A stretch of 26,843 bases of DNA from a virus (taxonomy: Duplodnaviria > Caudoviricetes). Made by a program: the position numbers and the translations under genes. The stretch spans positions 1 through 26,843 of IMG/VR virus record IMGVR_UViG_3300022821_000097. One strand, 5' to 3'. Below the pieces are notes generated by a model that was given only the letters and a program-made list of their open reading frames with translations, searched no databases and was not told the DNA's origin. This document shows, in pieces, positions 23,969-26,843 of this stretch (the stretch's first letter is position 1; each line of letters begins with the position of its first letter).

Positions 23969-24289
23969 ATGAAAGCAGACTACTCTGATCTCGTTTCAAC
24001 CACCGAGCAGCATTCAAGACTGTCAGTAGAACTTGATGGACTTCTGAAAGACGAGAGGGACGCTAAGTTTCTCCTCTTACAAAAGGAGTCCGATGTGAGA
24101 AAAGTTCACTTTCAAGCAATGGCTTCAAAGGAGATTAGCCAAGCCTACTTCAGAGAGCTACTAAAGGATCAAACATTCGACGAGATGGTGGATTATGAAC
24201 GAGCCAAGACCGAGCGAACAATTAAGGCGAATCAGCTTTCGGCAGTTAGAGAACAGCTTTACACGCAAAAAAAGATTATGAGCATTTAA
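23969..24289 (+). CDS. Helical hypothetical protein
   Basis: Start revised to ATG 23969 (ttaacaATG). Confidence 0.7.
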   Translation: MKADYSDLVSTTEQHSRLSVELDGLLKDERDAKFLLLQKESDVRKVHFQAMASKEISQAYFRELLKDQTFDEMVDYERAKTERTIKANQLSAVREQLYTQKKIMSI

Positions 24290-24299
24290 CCCAATAACC

Positions 24300-24683
24300 A
24301 TGAAAAAAGAAATCATCATCTCGGCAACGATAATCTGCGTTGTCATCGGAGGCTCGGTTCTAACTTCTCAAAAGATGAAGCAGAACTCAATCGAGAGGCA
24401 GTTGGAAATGAAAATAAGCCAAGAGAATCTCATTCTTGAAAACGAACGAGAAAGAGTTCTGATTGAGGAAGCCAACGCTAGGGGCGAAGAAATCACCAAA
24501 AAGAGAGAACTTGAAAAGTGCATCGACCTTGCTGATTATGATTACTGGTCTTATGTCGAGTTAAACGGAAAAGGTAAAAGATACGACGAGGGGGGGGTTA
24601 CAGCTCAGACTAATATTTGGAATACGGCTGAGAAAAATAAAGAAAAAGACATTGATAATTGCTACAAAAAATTTAATATTTAA
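24300..24683 (+). CDS. Membrane-anchored coiled-coil protein
   Basis: N-terminal TM segment IIISATIICVVIGGSVL; Cys pair. Confidence 0.75.
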   Translation: MKKEIIISATIICVVIGGSVLTSQKMKQNSIERQLEMKISQENLILENERERVLIEEANARGEEITKKRELEKCIDLADYDYWSYVELNGKGKRYDEGGVTAQTNIWNTAEKNKEKDIDNCYKKFNI

Positions 24684-25073
24684 ATGAAACGCACTCCATT
24701 CAGAGCGAAACCACCCAAAGCAAAGTTTACCGAGAAGACTCAAGCTTTGTTTTTTGATTATCACCCAGTCACAACCTGTTGGGTGTGCGATTGGTTTCAC
24801 GCAGATTGTTTACATCACATCTTTCGGAGGGTAAGTAATTCGCCATTCAATGCCGCTCCAATGAGCAACTTCACTTGCCACATCAACAGAGATGAGAAAG
24901 ACGGACAGCACTTAACTCACCTCACAACCGAAAATCAACAAGCGTACTTAAAACATACTATTCACTACCTTTCCGAGATGGGATATGAGCCGACAGAGGC
25001 AGATAAGGCTTTTATTGAGAAGTACGCTGACGAGGAGAATAGAGCTTTATTTCTTGAAGCATTTAGATTTTGA
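24684..25073 (+). CDS. HNH-like (beta-beta-alpha-Me) nuclease
   Basis: CWVC...LHHI...FNAAPMSNFTCH. Confidence 0.6.
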   Translation: MKRTPFRAKPPKAKFTEKTQALFFDYHPVTTCWVCDWFHADCLHHIFRRVSNSPFNAAPMSNFTCHINRDEKDGQHLTHLTTENQQAYLKHTIHYLSEMGYEPTEADKAFIEKYADEENRALFLEAFRF

Positions 25074-25483
25074 AAGAGAAAGACATTCAGACCGCACTTT
25101 CCAAGAAGCACACAATGCACGGATGTTTCGAGTTGAAATTGTGCAAGACCAAAGCCATTCGCCTAGATAGCGTGAAAGATCATCAAGTCGAGGCTTTACT
25201 GGCTGCTAGTTCAGAGAGCGGGCTGTATCACAAGATAACAGACTCATTGCCAGTTTTTGGCGGAAACAAACACATGAGATTTACAAGCAAGAAGCCTTTC
25301 GACTTCGTGTTTCTCAAGAACACTCCGGCTTATGTGGTGATCTGCTTCTATGTTCCACGGAAAAAGAAAAGATGTCTTTACATTCCAATTAAAAGATGGG
25401 TTGAGTTTTGTGCTATTCACCCGAGGAAGAGCGTTAGAGAAGCGGAGTTGGAGGAATATGCAGAGTGTGAGATTAATCTGTAA
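25070..25483 (+). CDS. RecU-like PD-(D/E)XK nuclease / Holliday junction resolvase
   Basis: MKEKDIQ, CFELK, HQVEAL, YHKITD, KPFDFV. Confidence 0.6.
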   Translation: MKEKDIQTALSKKHTMHGCFELKLCKTKAIRLDSVKDHQVEALLAASSESGLYHKITDSLPVFGGNKHMRFTSKKPFDFVFLKNTPAYVVICFYVPRKKKRCLYIPIKRWVEFCAIHPRKSVREAELEEYAECEINL

Positions 25484-25489
25484 ATAAAC

Positions 25490-25518
25490 TTGACTTTATG
25501 TAGTCGATGAACTAAGAT
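25490..25518 (+). promoter_or_regulatory. Sigma70 promoter for a leaderless XRE gene
   Basis: TTGACT-N17-TAAGAT, 7 nt before ATG 25526. Confidence 0.7.
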
Positions 25519-25525
25519 GATTATG

Positions 25526-25744
25526 ATGACCAGTTCAATAAATATCGGCTCAAAGCTTAAAGCTCTCCGAGAGGCTAAAGGGTGGACTAAAAACGAACTA
25601 AGCAACATGACAGCTCCTGATGGTCGTGTAGCTCATTCTCACATCAAAAGAATAGAGAACGGAGACATTCAGAATCCGGGAGTTGGGACGGTCGAGAAGT
25701 TAGCAAAAGCACTTGGTAAAACATTGGCAAATTTATACATTTAA
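25526..25744 (+). CDS. XRE-family HTH regulator
   Basis: IGSKLKALREAKGWTKNELS...HIKRIENG...NPGVGTVEKLAKALG. Confidence 0.9.
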   Translation: MTSSINIGSKLKALREAKGWTKNELSNMTAPDGRVAHSHIKRIENGDIQNPGVGTVEKLAKALGKTLANLYI

Positions 25745-25802
25745 AACAAACAACGCACCACACGAAAGTGAGTGCGATACAAAATACAAATAATTTAATC
25801 CC

Positions 25803-26432
25803 ATGAAAAATGAACAACCAAACTTTAAATCTCGAAAAACCGGTAAACCCTCGTACTCTCGTAATTGGTTCGACCGTTTTGGTCTTGGTGTTTCTCTTTG
25901 TAGCTTTGTTATCATCCTCGGATGCTTCCGATTCACCCCAGGCAGTATCGCCCTTACAAGAGCAGTCGAATCGCCAAGTAGAGTTGCTGGAGCAGATCTC
26001 CTCCTCGTCCGTGATTATCGCACAGCAGGAGTTTCAGTTGACGGCAGCGAGAGCGGAGTTAGCGATAGTGGTCAAGGCGATGCAGGATTTAGCCCATCAG
26101 CCGGAGCAGGAGTTCCTGAAGAGCGTAACAGTCCCCTCGACCTCAACAGACTTGCCTACGCCGTCTCAATAGCCGAATCTAGTGGCTGTACTAGCCACGC
26201 TGCACTCACACTAAACAATTGCCACGGGATAATGACTTGGGCGAGCAGAGAGAGACAATTAAAAAGATTCAACTCAACAGCAGAATCATTCGCAGCATTC
26301 AAATACATTTGGAATAAAAGCTACGGAAGATTCCCCGACAAAGAATTAGCGTGGAAATGGGTCTGTGGAGGAAATGCAGAAACTTGTGATGACTCGGTTG
26401 ACTGGTTGAAAAATGTAAAATTAAATTACTAA
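25803..26432 (+). CDS. Membrane-anchored lysozyme-superfamily (GH73/transglycosylase-like) muramidase
   Basis: N-terminal hydrophobic segment, G/S/D linker, C-terminal LAYAVSIAESSG...NNCHGI...FNSTAES. Confidence 0.65.
   Translation: MKNEQPNFKSRKTGKPSYSRNWFDRFGLGVSLCSFVIILGCFRFTPGSIALTRAVESPSRVAGADLLLVRDYRTAGVSVDGSESGVSDSGQGDAGFSPSAGAGVPEERNSPLDLNRLAYAVSIAESSGCTSHAALTLNNCHGIMTWASRERQLKRFNSTAESFAAFKYIWNKSYGRFPDKELAWKWVCGGNAETCDDSVDWLKNVKLNY
25810..26172 (+). CDS. Nested +1-frame TM plus coiled-coil protein
   Basis: 120 aa; TM LVIGSTVLVLVFLFVALL followed by a Q/E/L-rich helix. Confidence 0.6.
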   Translation: MNNQTLNLEKPVNPRTLVIGSTVLVLVFLFVALLSSSDASDSPQAVSPLQEQSNRQVELLEQISSSSVIIAQQEFQLTAARAELAIVVKAMQDLAHQPEQEFLKSVTVPSTSTDLPTPSQ

Positions 26433-26526
26433 TTATGACTACCCCCAAAATAAAGGTCGGAGAGCATTGACCCAGCATAAGAAATTAGACTTCTAAATAG
26501 TAAAAAACAATTAACCCCCAATTATC

Positions 26527-26843
26527 ATGAAAATCACAAAAGAAGAAGCTCTCAAAAAAATTGATGAGCTACAAAGTTTTGTTTCCGAGTGCGACCAGAA
26601 ACAAGAGGTAAAAAAGAGTTGGAAAATAGAAATAAAAAACAGACTTACCGGATCAATTCTTTTTCAGTCTGATAGAGAAACAATAAAAGAGGCAATAGTT
26701 GAAGCAGTTGAAAACAATGCCAACCTCAGCGATGCCAACCTCCGCGATGCCAACCTCCGCGGTGCCGACCTCTGCGGTGCCGACCTCTGCGGTGCCGACC
26801 TCTGCGATGCCAACCTCCGCGGTGCCAACCTCCGCGGTGCCAA
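26527..26843 (+). CDS. Pentapeptide-repeat protein, partial
   Basis: [15 protein letters not shown]...[25 protein letters not shown]; ttaacccccaattatcATG leader. Confidence 0.9.
   Translation, partial: MKITKEEALKKIDELQSFVSECDQKQEVKKSWKIEIKNRLTGSILFQSDRETIKEAIVEAVENNANLSDANLRDANLRGADLCGADLCGADLCDANLRGANLRGA
26719..26843 (+). repeat. 15-bp tandem repeat encoding A(N/D)Lx(D/G)
   Basis: gcc(a/g)acctcNgcg(a/g)t, at least 8 units. Confidence 0.9.

Noticed and set aside
1-26843. Alternative genetic code (TGA=Gly or TAG=Gln)
   Set aside because: Long genes are intact in code 11; TGA ends the SSB right after DDLPF and forms many ATGA couplings; TAG ends the portal and exonuclease genes.
26719-26843. 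DGR variable repeat or non-coding VNTR
   Set aside because: Fully explained by pentapeptide-repeat coding; no reverse transcriptase in the window.

Overview
The window is a 26.8-kb piece of a tailed dsDNA phage (or prophage) genome in standard code 11, organised as four alternating blocks. (1) 1-12269, minus strand: packaging and head genes (terminase small and large, portal, scaffold, decoration, major capsid), a beta-helix protein, and fibre-like proteins with apparent signal peptides. (2) 12336-16500, plus strand: a sigma70-driven accessory block of very small orphan ORFs. (3) 16545-21580, minus strand: a replication block (initiator with iterons, DnaB helicase, DNA methyltransferase) plus a tRNA-like RNA. 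(4) 21629-end, plus strand: recombination and regulatory genes (HIRAN-exonuclease, SSB, HNH, RecU-like, XRE), a dual-coded muramidase locus and a pentapeptide repeat protein. The most striking feature is an array at 12526-14139. There, five unrelated single-gene cassettes are separated by four ~75-bp hairpin repeats that show stem covariation and mutually recombined variants, resembling an integron-like or RNA-processing cassette system. Genes lack Shine-Dalgarno sequences and instead use a TTAAC(C)n...ATG motif, suggesting a non-SD host such as Patescibacteria/CPR or Bacteroidota (inference). All functional calls come from motif recognition and gene order; no database searches were run.
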